Source of the DNA: Callorhinchus milii
Taxonomy: Eukaryota
Direction: 5' to 3'
Assembly: GCF_018977255.1 (NCBI RefSeq)
Contig: NW_024704742.1
Location: 28,274,001 to 28,338,000, forward strand
DNA length: 64,000 nucleotides
Numbering within the stretch: the stretch's first letter is position 1; each line of letters starts with the position of its first letter. The position numbers were made by a program, and so were the translations under genes. This document shows positions 12,308 to 25,755 of this stretch, in pieces. Under the pieces are notes generated by a model. The model made no database searches. It was not told where the DNA came from and saw only the letters and a list, made by a program, of their open reading frames with translations.

Positions 12308-12670
12308 GTGTTCAAATCCATTCACTCCCTGGCACCCCCTACCTCTCCGACCTCCTCACTCCCCAATCCATCAACCAACCCCTCTGCTTGACTGGCACCA
12401 GCCTCCTGCTCGTCCCTCACACTCTCCACACCACCATTGGAGGTCGTGCTTTCAGGTACTTCATCCCCAAACTTTGGAACACTCTCCCTCAATCCGTCCA
12501 CCTTGCTCCCTCTCCCGTCTTTCCAGTTCCACCTCAAAACTTTCCTCTTCGACTGTGCTTATGGCCACCTCCAGCCGACTAGGGAGTCAGGCTCCGCCAC
12601 TGACTCCCTGACGCTCTGAGACGCTACACTGCGTGGAGGGTGCTACATAAGTGCAAATTGTTGTTGTTGT
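12308..12670 (+). mobile_element. L2 LINE 3' end
   Basis: IGGRAFRYFIPKLWNTLP, FHLKTFLF; tail GACGCTCTGAGACGC...GCGTGGAGGGTGCTACATAAGTGCAAA(TTG)n. Confidence 0.92.
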
Positions 12671-14194
12671 TTTCCACTGATTTCCTTAATACTCTATCTC
12701 TTGCTTCCCCNTTTTTATCAGCTCATTATCAAATCTGTTATTATTATCCCACTCTCGACTGTGTACTGTGACAGAAAAGTTGGCAATATTATCCCACAAT
12801 ACCACCAGTGCACACTCAGACTCCCAGTTTGTTTTACATTTTTGCAAGTACTGCATGAATCAACGTCTAAAAATGATTTATGCTGGAGATCAGATGCTGA
12901 GATCACCTTGAGAAGGTGTTTTGGCAGTACGCAGATATGCAGTTTAAATTTAGTCCATTTTCGCAACAAATTGGTCATTGGACAATAGTCCCAGTAACTT
13001 TTAAAGAAATGACCAGTTCTATGTTAACTTAAAAACTGAACACCTTTCACACAGCTCCTGAAACTCTCCTTGGCCCCAGCAAATGTGGTTGGGAGCCAAC
13101 AGGCTTCCCACTCCCAAATGGTTGACTGCATTTCTTCACTTGCAGGGATATGAACTGAGCTTAATTAGGAGCTTTAACAAGCTGACTTGGAATAACTGCA
13201 GTGGAGGCAATGTAGGTTATTTTTCTGTATTGTTTTGTTGATTCTATTAGTTAACCTAACCATTCTCCTCCGTTTGAACGTTTGATGAAATTTGCATTTT
13301 GCTTTCTGTTCTTCGTTTGGATGTTCCCAGCCATATGCTTTGCCATTAAGTGCTATGTGATATTATCAAATTGTAAATCACATTTAACACAACAAAATCT
13401 GGTTTATGGGTATTACAGATTGAACCCTGATGTATCAATTCAGTAAAAGCAGTGCCCCCCAAAGTTAGTACGAAACTTAAGAAAAACCTGTGAGTATCAT
13501 TTCAGTGCAGTACTTTAATACAGATTGATAAAACGCTAATGGTTGAATAACCAATGGTTTCCTTTATGTCAAGCTGCAAATAATAATGAACAAAACCACA
13601 CAAAGCTTTCATTGTCCCCAAAGGCAATTACCTGCACAGGAAAAATAACAGAATGTTATCAAAAATAAACAGTTTTTCAGACACTTGCCAACAACATGAG
13701 TCACAGAATGGTCTTCTGAGAGCTGAAAACCTACTTCAGTTGACGTGTGATGGGGGCAGCTTAGCTCATGATGTTACTTCACCATAATAATGTTCAACAG
13801 CGTTACAGAGAAGGGGAAGTGCGGGGGTGGAAAAATAATTACAAATGAATTTTTATACTGAAACAGAATCAACTTAATAATAAAAAAGGAGCCCCTTTGA
13901 GAGCGTGTTGTAATGATATGTTGTCATATGACTTTCAGAAACAATGTTTGAAAGTTAATTCAATGCTTTAGCAAATATTAAGAACCATAAGAATACAATA
14001 TTTTGCATCAATCCAAGATGCGCATGATGAATATCAGTTGTGCAACTTTACCCATGTTTGTGCATGTGGAAACTCACTCCCACATGGAGTCCTTTTCTGG
14101 TAATCAGCCCTCTTTAACACTGAAATTCCAGTGCAGAATTAACCATTCTCTGCTGAATCAGGGATTTTGAGGCTTGCAGTCAGTCATTAGAAAT

Positions 14195-14363
14195 TTACAA
14201 GCTTCCTCCTTTGCTACCTCTTCTTGCATTTCAAAATCTCCTAAAAGCCTTTCCTTTTGTCACCTCTGGATTCTTCACACCTCTTGGTCAACTTCCAACT
14301 GTGCTTAGTGATGACTAGACACGTTTTTGTGTGAATAGGGTTATCTAAATGCAAGTTGTTCTT
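14195..14363 (+). mobile_element. Old L2 3' end
   Basis: TTCAAAATCTCCTAAAAGCCTTTCCTTTTG ... TAAATGCAAGTTGTT. Confidence 0.5.
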
Positions 14364-14522
14364 ATTTCAGGGGTATAAATTGTGCAATGTGTTAAATAAC
14401 ACAGATGACACCAATGAAATATTGTTAAAGAAGCACCCAAGTAACGTGAGACTGAGCACGCTCACCCCTGTAACATCATTTAGAATGCAGATGTCAAAAT
14501 GGCAGGTCTGCACCTTCCAGCT

Positions 14523-14578
14523 CCTTGGGACATCCTCCCGACGTGAAAGGCGCTATACATATGTGATCTTGTTGTTGT
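14523..14578 (+). mobile_element. L2 tail-only insertion
   Basis: CCTTGGGACATCCTCCCGACGTGAAAGGCGCTATACA...(TTG)n. Confidence 0.85.
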
Positions 14579-14643
14579 CTGTTGCACATTGGACTTCTGC
14601 TTCACCAATCACAGCAAAAAATGTGAGAGTTAACCTGATGCAC

Positions 14644-14722
14644 TAATAATAATACTAATAATAATCCTTGCATTTTAATATCGTACTTTATCATGTCATT
14701 GTCAAAACGCTTCACAGGATAT
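14644..14722 (-). mobile_element. SINE tail fragment
   Basis: (AAT)n CCTTGCATTT...CAAAACGCTTCACAGGA. Confidence 0.75.
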
Positions 14723-15884
14723 ATGATAAGATCATGGGGCTGGGTGCATTCTTTAAGCCATCTTGACACGAACATTGTGAATAGTGGTTGTTTCTCCTTC
14801 ACACTGCAGAAAAAGTTAAAAATTAACATACTGAATGGTCAATTTACCCCTCCCTCAATTACACTACAATTGTCATCCTGTTGTTTGTTCCCTATTACAA
14901 TTTCCTCCAACTGTGGGGGTCAAATTTATGGGCTCCTTGCCCCCATTACAGTTGACTTTGGCTGCATCTTGTTGTTATGTCATTTATGTAATTTTGTTGT
15001 TGTTAAAACCCAAAGAAAAGCCATCTTTGTTCTCAAGTGTGCAGTTGAAAACAATTGGAATCTGCAAAATATGTTTCCAGCACAATCCTATTCTTGCTCA
15101 ATTGCTTCAAGGAATATTGAAGCAAGCATTGAAATGTAGCAATTTGATATATATATTTGATTTTTCACGTCAGAAAGATGTTAAATTTTTATCAGTAGAT
15201 ATTGTTTAATTACGGAACTGAGTTCCAGTGACTCACATTCCCTTCCGTTTTGTGTGGAACAGAACTGGAGGGGTTTTTCTGGGACATGAGCCAGGGTTCT
15301 TGCTGATTCATTCAATGCCTTCTGTCAGCCCGTCTACAACAGCTTCACTCAGTCATACAGTGCCTGCTGTCACTTTCCACCCCTGACCCCTGTGTGGCAC
15401 CTTTAGGCACTGTTTAGTGTGAACAGCAAATGTCAGACTTGGCGAGCTTCGCATACTAATCCAGCAATCTGTGTTCCTCACAGCTCAGGAAACAACCAGC
15501 TTTACTCAGAGCAGTTTTCCAAGCTGGCATCTGGTGGGAAAACAGACACCTCTCCATTTGCATAGAACATTTCTGCTTTTCTCACTCTTTTTCATCCAGG
15601 GTCTGCAAACTTAGTTTGAAATTGGAGGAATATTGCTGCCATGAAAGCAAACGGTGGTAGGAATTAGAGACCATAGAAATGTATGACATAGTAGGAACTA
15701 ATTCAGCAGTTTTTTGTGTATCTGTGTTTGCTGCACTAAAACACCATCCATATTAATCCCAAATCCCAGCTCTTATCCTTGTTTTCTCTTATACCCTTCC
15801 AATGCATGGTGTTTCTTCAATTCTTTTTAAATCCTGATTTTATAGGCTTAATAATACTTTAATATCTATAAATCTGCTTTATGT

Positions 15885-16312
15885 GTGTCAGCCAGGCTCA
15901 GTTGGTAGTACTCTTGCCTCTAAGTCAGAAGGATATGGGTTCAAGCCCCATATCGGTACTTTGAATATAGTCTAGGCTGATATTTCAATACAGTGCTGGG
16001 ATGCACTTCATTGTTGCAGATGCCGTCCTGTAATACACATTAAATCAAGGTCCTGTTGGATGTTCAGGTGGAGATTAAAGATCCCATGGTACTATTTGAA
16101 AAGAAAAGGAAGTTTCTCCTGGTATCCTTGCCAACAACCCCCCCAAATAAAATTGGTCACTCATTTCATGGTTCTCTGTGCAAATTGGCTGCCACATTCG
16201 CCTACATACCATGCACAGTCACTACAAGTTACAATGAATCCTATGAAACAGTTTGAGCCATCCTCCAGATATGAAAGTTCTTATATCAAATGTAAGGATT
16301 ACTACTAATATT
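15885..16312 (+). mobile_element. Deu-domain tRNA SINE (SacSINE1-like), near full length
   Basis: Head GTGTCAGCCAGGCTCAGTTGGTAG...GGGTTCAAGCCC; Deu domain TGCCGTCCT...TTCAGGTGGAGATTAAAGATCCCATGG...CCTGGTATCC; L2-type tail. Confidence 0.88.
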
Positions 16313-17789
16313 GGTATTATATAACAGTGTGAGGTGCCTCTTGGCCACAGAGAATTAAAAACATGTTTTAAATTTATTTTCTCATCTTTTCCTTCTGTTT
16401 GGTTTCATTTGGGCCACATATCTCCTTTGGCTGGGAGGCAGTGGCTGATGTGCTGTTTTGGCTTTCATTAGTGCAGTGCAAAAACACCTTTTAAGAAATG
16501 GCAGGAAACAGTCAGTGGAGTCTTCCACTCCGTGAGTAACTGCGTAGCATTCTCTCAGCAGTTTCTCCCATTCATGTGCCTAAGTTTGTGAATGCAGCAG
16601 TGTTGGGCAATTGGAGACATGAATTCTGTAGCATCACGCATTGGTCCTGCACAATCCTGTACCACAGGAACATCCTAAATAGATATCAATTGAATCAATT
16701 CCCTTGCTTTGCCACTTAATAAAATCCATATTCACAATTCTCTTTAAACCCTACTTTAATTAATCAATACCCTTGAGTACTATACTACTTTGGGTGAAAG
16801 ATGAAGAAATGCTCTAGTTTTGTTGGAAGCTCTGTGGGGAAAAAAATATTAAGTATTTTAAATAACAGTTTAATTTAAATGTACATGCATTTTACTTCCC
16901 AGTTATTACAAAAAAAACCTGTAGGTGGATTTACTTTTATAAACGGATATGGTAAACACATTTCAGTGAATAAAGTAATTACACTTTGACAAAAAAAATG
17001 AGGGTTTGTTTAAATTAACAGATTTCATTTGGATTTTAAAACTGGAATTAATTTTTATTGCCTACATTTGACCATGGTTGTTTCCACAGAGTGTTCTTGC
17101 AGCCCTGCTGGAAGGTGCAGACATTAATTCCTGTGCTGCATGTAAAGGAAATGTGATGAAGACAACTGTACAGCTCCACACATAACTGAGCTGCATTGCT
17201 GCCTTTGTAGTGTAGGGTTTTATTCTCACTGTAGATTTGTTTTCCTGGCTACATATTAACAATCTGATAAGGTGTAATCACAGATGAATAATAGATTTGA
17301 GGTATGACATTTTACTTGAGGTAGGAATAGCTCAGCCTGGCATTAAGTATTTTGAATCAGTTAATCTGGCACCTGGGTGGATTTCTGATACATAGCTGTT
17401 GATAATATTATACAGTGCTACAGCTGAAGGGCTTAGCAGTTTAGAAGGGAAGAAAATGCAGCTGAATGTTGTCAGTGAAAAAGTTCTATTGCTGAATGAC
17501 ACAGACAATGCCAGCTCTGCTTTTATTGCTGGCATAAAACGTGTAGATGGCATATGGTTTACACAGGTCTAAAACCAATTTTTTCCTAAGTGCAATGTTT
17601 TCATTTAAAGACAGACCTGACGAGTGTTTATTTTGTAAACACTGGCTTCTATCTTATGCCAATAGTAAAAAATACCTGTCTCTGCTGTGGCCTTATAATT
17701 GGATTACCAGTGATAAGGATTTAGCAGGAATGTGGGAACAGGAGTAATCCATTCAATCCATCCATCCTGAATCTGCCAATTTCTGAGAC

Positions 17790-20703
17790 GATGGCAGCTC
17801 GCTGTATGCAGTCTGATTCTCGCCCAGCCCGCAGCACAGAGACAGTGCTTGTCAAAGTTACAAACAATGTACTGTCTATCTGTGACCAGAGCTCCCTCTG
17901 CCTCCTCGTCCTTCTGGATCTCTCTGCCATGTTCGACACAACAACAAAATTACATTTGTAAAGCGCTTTTCATGTCGGTAGGATGGACCAAGGCGCTGAA
18001 CAGTCAGGGATCAGGACGTGAGCGTGGAAGGCAGGGTTGGGGTGAGGGAGGGCAGAGGGGGTAGGAGGGCGGCTGAAGACATGGTTAAAAAGGAGGGTGT
18101 TGAGTCGTGCCTTGAAGGAGGCAAAGGAGGGAGTAAGGCGAAGGGATGGAATTCTAAAGAGTGGGGGGCAGAGAGGCTGAAAGCCCGGTGGCCGATGGTA
18201 AGGCAGGTCAGGTGGGAGACCAGGAGCATGCCGGAGTCTGCTGAGTGGAGGGAATGAGCAGATTGATAGGGGGTCAGCAGGTCAGAGATGTAGGAGGGGA
18301 CAAGGCCATGGAGGGCCTTGAAAGTGAGGACAAGGATTTTGAATTCTATCCGCTGAGGGTTAGGGAGCCAGTGTAGCTGGGTGAGGCTGGGAGTGATGGG
18401 GTCACAGAGCCTGGTGCGGGTCAGGACATGAGCTGCAGAGTTCTGGATGATCTGCAGCTTGTGGAGGGAAGAGTTGGGGGAGGCCGAGATGGAGGAAGTT
18501 TCCTTGAGGTGATGAATGTGTGCATGAGGGTTTCGGCAGCCTGAGGGGTGAGGCACTGGCGGAGTTGGGCAATGTCTCAGAGGTGCGGGAAGGCAGAGTG
18601 GGACATGCATGGATATGGGGGAGAAAGGACAGTTGAGGGTCGAACAAGACACCCAAGTTCCAAACTGGCTTGCTGAGGTGGAGTGTCCAACCGTGGATGC
18701 TGATGCCGTCAGTGCCTGAGGTGCGGAGGTGCTGGTGCAAGCCAATTAGGAGGGCCTCAGTCTTGCTGACATTCAGCTGTAGAAAGTTGGCTCTCATCCA
18801 GGACTTGATGTCAGACAGACGGTCTGTCAGGACATCAGTTGTCATAGAATCGAGGGTGGAGGCAAAAAAATAGAATTGGGTGTCATCAGGTACATTTGGA
18901 AGTTGACCTTATGTCTATGGATGATGTCACCAAGGGGTAGCATGTAGAGGTTGAAGAGGAGGGGACCGAGGACAGAGCCTTGAGGAACACAACATGAGAA
19001 TTTGTGCGGGCTGGAAGAGAAGGGATGGAGGAGGAAGGAGTGATCCACGGTATCGAAGGCAGCAGAGAGGTTGAGGAGGCAGAGGGAGTCCTGGTAACAG
19101 ATGGACAAAATGTCACCTTGACCAGAGCAGTTTCTGTGCTGTGAGCAGCACGGAAACCCGATTGGAGGGGCTCGTGAAGGAAGTGGTAGGAGAGGAATGA
19201 GCGAAGCTGGGAAGCAACGACTCTTTCAAGGGCCTTCAAAAGAAAAGGGAGGTTGGAGATGGGCTGGTAGATATAAGGCAGGGATGGGTCCAGGGAAGGT
19301 TTTTTTCAGCATGGGGGTGATTGTAGCTGTTTTTAGGGGGATGGGATTGGTGCCAGATGAAAGGTAGAGATTGACGTCGGTCATTGAGATTGGTGTGTTT
19401 CATTCTGGATATGGTGGTGATGAGAGAGGAGGGGGAGACAGGTTTGAAAATGTGGAGGGAGGGATGGATGAGTAGGAGTCAGAGTGTGTGGGTAGATGGG
19501 AGGGGAGTGGCGGTTGGAAGGGCAGAGGCAGCTGAATGGATCCCCTTGATTTTGGACTCGAAGAAATCCAGCATCTCCTCACGGTCAGACACAGTCAACC
19601 ACGGCATCCTCCTCCACTTCTTATCCCCTTTAGTGGGACCACACTCACATGATTCGAGTCCTGCTTAACCAACCACCTCCATTTCATCTCGGCAAATGGC
19701 TTCTCCTCGCGCCCACACCGCAGGTACCCCAGGGCTCCATCCTTGGCCCTCTTCTTTTCCTAATCTATGTGCTCCCTCTTGATGACATCATCTGCAGACA
19801 CAGGGTAAACTTGCACATATATACGGATGACACACAAATCTACTTTGCCTCCTCCAGCATCGACTCGAAGTCCGCTGATGTTCTATCAGCTTGTCTGGCA
19901 GATATCAAGGCCTGGATGAGTGCAAACTGTAGCTGAATGTGGACAAGACGGAAGCCATCCTCTTTGGCTTCCACCAATGTCTTCACTCCTGCAGATCTAA
20001 ACTCCACAACCTCCCTGGGCTCCCCCTCAAACTCACCGAACCAGAGCACAATCTAGGCATCCGGGTTGACCCCCAGCTGTCCTTCCTTCCACACATCTGT
20101 TCTCTGACCAAGACCTCCTTCCTCCACCTCTGCCACATTGCCCTCCTCCAACCATACCTTACCCTAAATGTAGCCGAAACCTCATGTATGCGTTTGTCAC
20201 CTCCCGCCTGGAATATTCAAACACATTCCTTGCCAGTCTCCCCAGCTCCACTATTCAAAAAATCCAGCTCATTGAGAATTCTGCTGCTCGCATACTTATC
20301 CGGACTTTGTACCTCTATCTCACCAGTTCTGGCCAGGCTCCACTGGCTCCGTGTGCAAATCCCTTCACTTCCTGGCACCTCCCTACCTCTCCGATCTCCT
20401 CACTCCCCAATCCACCACCCAGCGTCTCCACTCGACTGGCACTGGCCTCCTGCTTGTCCCTTGCACCCTCCTCTCCACCATTGGAGGTTGCGCTTTCAGC
20501 CACTATGCTCCCAAAACGTTGGAACACTCTCCCTCAATCCCTCCGCCTTGCCCCGCTCATCCCTTTTTTAAGTTTTGCCTTAAGACCTTCCTTTTCGACC
20601 ATGCTTACGGTCACCTCCCCCTCACCACCCTCCAGGCTCAGAGTTAAGCGCTCTGAGATGCTGGCCTGCGTGGAGGACGCTATATAAGTGCCAGTTGTGG
20701 TTA
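17790..20703 (+). mobile_element. L2 LINE (RT through 3' tail) split by an antisense L2
   Basis: QSDSRPARSTETVLVKVTN...LLVLLDLSAMFDT at 17808-17940 continues as DTVNH at 19588; then VPQGSILGPLLF, IYTDDTQIY, FVTSRLEYSN, tail at 20645-20703. Confidence 0.92.
17941..19587 (-). mobile_element. L2 LINE, 5'-truncated, ~1.65 kb
   Basis: [63 protein letters not shown]; flanked by a GACACA duplication. Confidence 0.95.
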
Positions 20704-22007
20704 TATTTGTTAATCACATCCTCCTTCTCCACATCGTTTAATACTCTTGCTTATCAAAAATGCTATCTCTATTTTTAACAGTATTCTACTAAATTCCTCG
20801 TGAACAAAGCTGGCTTCTGGTCAGGACCATCTCAGTTTCAATTTTACTGAAGAAGCGTGACTCATAATGAATTTAAGTTTATCCTTTTTCAAGTTGTATC
20901 TTCAGATAGTTGGTGGCTTTTTGCAACTTGAATTTGCCCAGAATCACTGCCACAGCCTCTCTGTAATGAGCCAACAGATTGTGTGTCTGCAATGGTGCAG
21001 AACATACTGTCCTTTTTTAAATTCACCCAGTAGAGAGGAATGCTAACCAGAATCTCTCCATCTGGCAGCACAGTTGAGAGCTAATGCAATTCATCATATC
21101 CAAGGCTGGCAGGCTCCAACGTCAGTCCTGGAACTCTGGCTTTAAATCCCAAGATAGTGGAGTGAGTGCTCTTAGGACTGCAATATTGGTCTGTTGTACT
21201 TTGCCATCCATATTCAACCACTTTAGCATTATAGCTGATAGATGTTTGGTTAATTAATTAATTCTCTAATTATTGCAACTGCCCCCTTTATCTCTTGAGA
21301 TAACATAAATTAAAACAATTAAGGGATCTTAAGCTGCTGTTTTAACACTAAATAGCATTGCGCTCCAAAGGGAATGCCACGGTGCCTTTTCTAAACTAAA
21401 CCATTAGAAATAAAAACGCTTAACTTGAACAAGCACTTCTGTGGTTATGTTTCTGTATTCTTTTTAAAGAGGTCAGAGCTGACTGTCTTGGAGCCATTGG
21501 TTTGAAGTGAGTTTCTGATGGGAATATTGTAAAGGACCTGAAAGAACGTAAACACGGTTGAAACGATGTGAGCGCTGAATCGTTCCAGATTAACGACTTG
21601 TGTCATTTCTGCTCCCTCACACTGTTAAGATCAGAAATTTCTTCCAGACAGTTTCCCATAGGAGCACTTCATCCTCAATATTCAACCAAATCTGTTTAAG
21701 GGAACACGCACATCAAAGAAAACGCAACACAGAACAGAAAAGGAGGTCAAGGTGATTCTTGGTGTTTGCTTCCAGTTTGTCTATCACATTCGCTGTAATG
21801 GTAACATTGGGGTCTAATTAATGCTGATTCCTTAATTATTGCAAGACCCTGAAAGTGAATCACACCACCTCACAGGAATGCCTGCCTAATTTCGGAACGG
21901 CGTTCCCAAGGTTAGACTGACACCTCTGGTTACTGAAAGGAAATTTGCTTGGATTCCTTAAAAAGGGAATGCCATTTGAAATTAGGATGTTTCAGATCCC
22001 ACTATAA

Positions 22008-22812
22008 AAAATTCTTGCATTGCTATAGAGCATTTCATATCAGGAAGATGTCTCAATGCACTTCAACAACAGCTTGCATTTATATAGCACCCTTCACGCC
22101 GGACGCCAAGCCAGGGCGAAGGGGAAGTTGACCATAGTCGCGATCGAAGAGGAAGGTCTTCAAATGCGACCTGAAAATGGGGAAAGAGGGGGCAAGGCAA
22201 AGGGATTGAGGTAGCGGCTAGTAGTTTATTGAGAGAGCAGGTTGGAGATATGGATGGGTGGGTGGGTACCAGGGTGTGAACAACAACAAGAACTTGGATT
22301 TATATAGCGCCCTGCACCCGGATGGCATCTCAGAGCGCTTGTGAAGGGATTTATATACAAGACTGGGGATCTTGAAATCGATGCGCTCTGTGACAGGAAG
22401 CCAATGGAGTTTGACAAGGACTGGGGTAATGGAGGTACGGAGTTCAGTGCAGGTGAGAGTCAAGGATTATTCAATCTTATCAAGTGAAGTGACTATAATT
22501 TGCAGGTGAACGTGGTAGCACTTGTCACACACAAAGTCATGAAGTGAATGACTACTTTTATCTGGGTGATTTTTGGCCCAGTCACCTGGAGTAACTTTCT
22601 TCTTTCAGAATAATGCTGTGGGATCTATAACTTCCACCTGAAAAAGCAGACAGGCTCTCAGTTTAGCATCTCATCTAAAGGGTGGCCCCTCTGAACCTGC
22701 TCTGCACCCCCAGCCATGCGTTATAAGTGAGTTCAATGTTCCGGGATAGGGCTTGAACCCACCTCCTTTTAACTCAAAAGGGAGCATGCAACTAACTGAG
22801 CCAGGCTGACAC
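22008..22812 (-). mobile_element. Deu-domain SINE split by L2 insertions
   Basis: Tail 22008-22064; body and head 22462-22812 ending CTGAGCCAGGCTGACAC. Confidence 0.8.
22065..22461 (-). mobile_element. L2 3' fragment containing a second tail-only L2 (22281-22339)
   Basis: ITPVLVKLHWLPVTERIDFKI; two separate tail stem-loops; TGTGAA duplicated around the inner one. Confidence 0.88.
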
Positions 22813-24162
22813 ACACCCTCTCTAAGTCCGTTACTCCTCTCTATTGTCTTTCCATCTATTTCTAGAGAAATACTCGGTTCTGATCTTTCACCACAGCTGA
22901 GTGGTGAAGTCTCTATATTTGGGAGAACTTCATGTTGTAATTCATTTTTAATGTGTCAATTATTAAAAAGTTGGTACCTCACTCTAATCTATCACTGCTG
23001 GTAATGCCGTTTTTTTTGAAGGGCGAGGATATGAAAAGTAATAAAACATCTATGGAAAATTCTGACTTTCCTTTTGGGGACAGTAATCATTAGAATATTC
23101 AGCCCACAGGAATGATGTGCTTTATATCACACCATTGTGAATGAGATGGACTTTAGATTACAGGAAAACGATAATTATGATTAGGCATATACATCCAAGC
23201 AAATTGCTTCAACAATTGACTTGCATTGTTGTAAAAGGTTAATTAAGGTGACATCGTGGAAACTGTTGCTGAAACCAGCAAATTATCTTTAATTCACAAT
23301 AATCTGTGCAGTCAACGTATTATTATTTGGAATTTGATTTGAAACATTTCTGCCGACTGTGCAACTGAGGCTTGATCGTTGCATTTGACTCCAATTAAAA
23401 GGGGCAGAGTGTCGTTTAATTAACCTTCCTCACCTTATTGAAATGCATCACATCTTCACTGAGTACAACTCCAGTACAATTAGCCAAGCTACAGTTGTCA
23501 CTAGAATAGCGTGAATATAAAAGCAGGAGAAGAACAGAGAGCGGGATGTGCTGAAACCTATAATTATGCCGCTTTTACATAGCGGATTTGTCTCCAGAGG
23601 CAAGTCCACTTCAGAAGGTAATTCTCAATGTGGCATGGTAGTTTAGTTTTTCCTGCTGCTAAATTTCCCAAACTGGAATCCGATTTCCCATTGCTTCCCT
23701 TGATTTCATTGAAATTACATTCGACTTGTGCACATGCACAAATTTCCATTCAAGATTTATTTTTGTGATCTGCACTACGAGAATCATGGCAGTGGGATTG
23801 TGAAAGGCCCCAGGACCAAAGTTAACTTCTCTGCTATTGTTATTTGCACAGCGGACAGAACAACAGTATTTCTAATGGCAAGGCAGTTCATGCCTGTGTG
23901 AAAGTAGAACGACATCATAAACCTTATGTGATCACATCAGGGTGGTTATACATGTGCCGAACCTCACTTCTGACAAGCTTTCTCTGGAAGTGCAGAGGTA
24001 TTGTAAAAAGGGGCAGATGTTCCCCATCCGGCGAGTCTCCAGAGCTGCAATATAGAAGAGGCATGACTTTCAACTGAAGGTAACTTCAGCCCTATTTGAT
24101 TAACCTGCATGGAATGGACATGTTTAGGTTTATAACCAATTCACTTACAGTAACGACAGAAG

Positions 24163-24800
24163 GAAGGAACTTGCATTTATAGCGTCTTACCACATTTGTG
24201 AAGGCTCAAACACAAGTAATTATGGTGAAGTGCAATGACTATGTTCCAGAGGCAAATAAGACAGCCATTTGGGTTAGCAAGATCCTATAGCCAGCCAGCC
24301 AGCCAATGGCCAATGAATATGGTGGCAGCCTGGCTCGATCAGTGTCTTTCTTGCCTCTTGATTCAAGCTCCACATTGTGACTTGCACATGATCCAAGATG
24401 ACTCTCCATTGCAGCACTGTGGTGTCCTGCAATGTTGGGGATTTCTTCTTTTGCATGACATGTTGAACAAAGGTCTTGCCCTGTCTGTTCTTCAAATGGA
24501 TGTTAAATAATCTGTGAAACAATTTGAAAGAAAAGAGTTTCAACCAACATCATCCTGTCAAATTGTTTCTTTACCTCATAGCTATTTGTACACAAAATGC
24601 AAGTTTACCTATAAAAACAGTCATTGCGCTTTAGGTAATTATTGTAAAGCACTTTGGGATGTTTTGACACCATAAGGTAACATTGAAATACAACTTCTTA
24701 TTGAGAATTATTAGCAAGAAAGCCAGAAGAAACTCCATTCTCTTCCCAAATAAGATCATGATTTTTTAAAATGTTTACCTGAACAGGAAAACAGGAATTT
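24163..24800 (-). mobile_element. Old Deu-domain SINE split by an antisense SINE
   Basis: Tail 24163-24290; Deu segment GAAACTCCATTCTCTTCCCAAATAAGATCATGA...TTTACCTGAACAGG at 24710-24800. Confidence 0.55.
24322..24700 (+). mobile_element. Old Deu-domain SINE
   Basis: GTGGCAGCCTGGCTC head, TCAAATGGATGTTAAA Deu motif, AAAGCACTTTGGGATG tail. Confidence 0.7.
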
Positions 24801-25755
24801 AACACCACTTTTTAAAAGACATTTATTCTGTACCTATTTGGTTCAATTTTAAGTAAATGCATGTAAGAAAATAAATCCTTATCTTTTACTATTTTAAAAT
24901 GTGGATCCTGCATGATTGCTGCAAAATAATGTCAAACTGTCATATTTTAATCCATTATATTGTACCATATCCCTCTTCAATAGTCTACAGTTCTTGCATA
25001 CATTTTCAAAGCTTTTTTTGTGCAATTGAAACTGATGCTTTAGTGGTATAGCACTAAGTAAAACTGCCATTGGCAACCACTTCTCTCTTTAACACTGTTC
25101 CAAAATAAATTAATTGTTGCATTCTATAACTATTCAATAAAATTTGTTACCAGGTTAAAGCAGGTTAATGGATGCTGTGTCCACTTCACACACAAAACCG
25201 GTGATATACCGACTGATAGTGGCAAAGATATCCTGCAGATTTAAGTGCAGTATCCTGTAGAACTCTTTGCCCTTGAAAGACCATAACTCATGAAATAGCT
25301 GCGATAACTACAATACATCTGCAGAGCAAGCTCGGGACTCCCTACCACAATACTCACTACATGCTCATGCAACTACAGCTGCCAGTTTAGAAAATGGGAA
25401 ATGCTGCTTCAGATTCTGCTTTTTTTAAATCAGTACAAACACTCTTGTGTGCATCAAGGATCATGTGGATTAATTTTGGTGCAGTCAGTGCTCAAGAAAT
25501 ATTCAGTGGTCAATAATCATGTGGTGGTAAATATATAACAGGCAGAATCTTGGTGAATTAAAACAGTACAATTTAAAAGAGGGATCACAAGAATAAATCC
25601 AATTTAAAAAAATGCAATCAGAACAGAGGGTAAAAGTATCAGGATTATCAGGTGAGCTGCGCTGAAGCTGCTGATTTTTTGTTATGTTTTTAACACAGCT
25701 CCATTAAATCTGGACTTTTTTCAGTCTGGGATAGAGGAGCAAAATTTGTGGTATA

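Noticed and set aside
10193..12711. Single N bases at 10193 and 12711
   Set aside because: Both adjoin homopolymers; assembly ambiguity, not biology
18011..18745. Longest ORF (244 aa) as a host gene
   Set aside because: Frameshifted L2 ORF2 fragment; the same applies to ORFs at 19939, 26481, 29850 and 36125
15600..21506. Further exon-like segments (15600-15656, 21470-21506; also 47938-48044)
   Set aside because: No recognisable peptide and not phase-compatible with the chain reported; they show how common pseudo-exons are here
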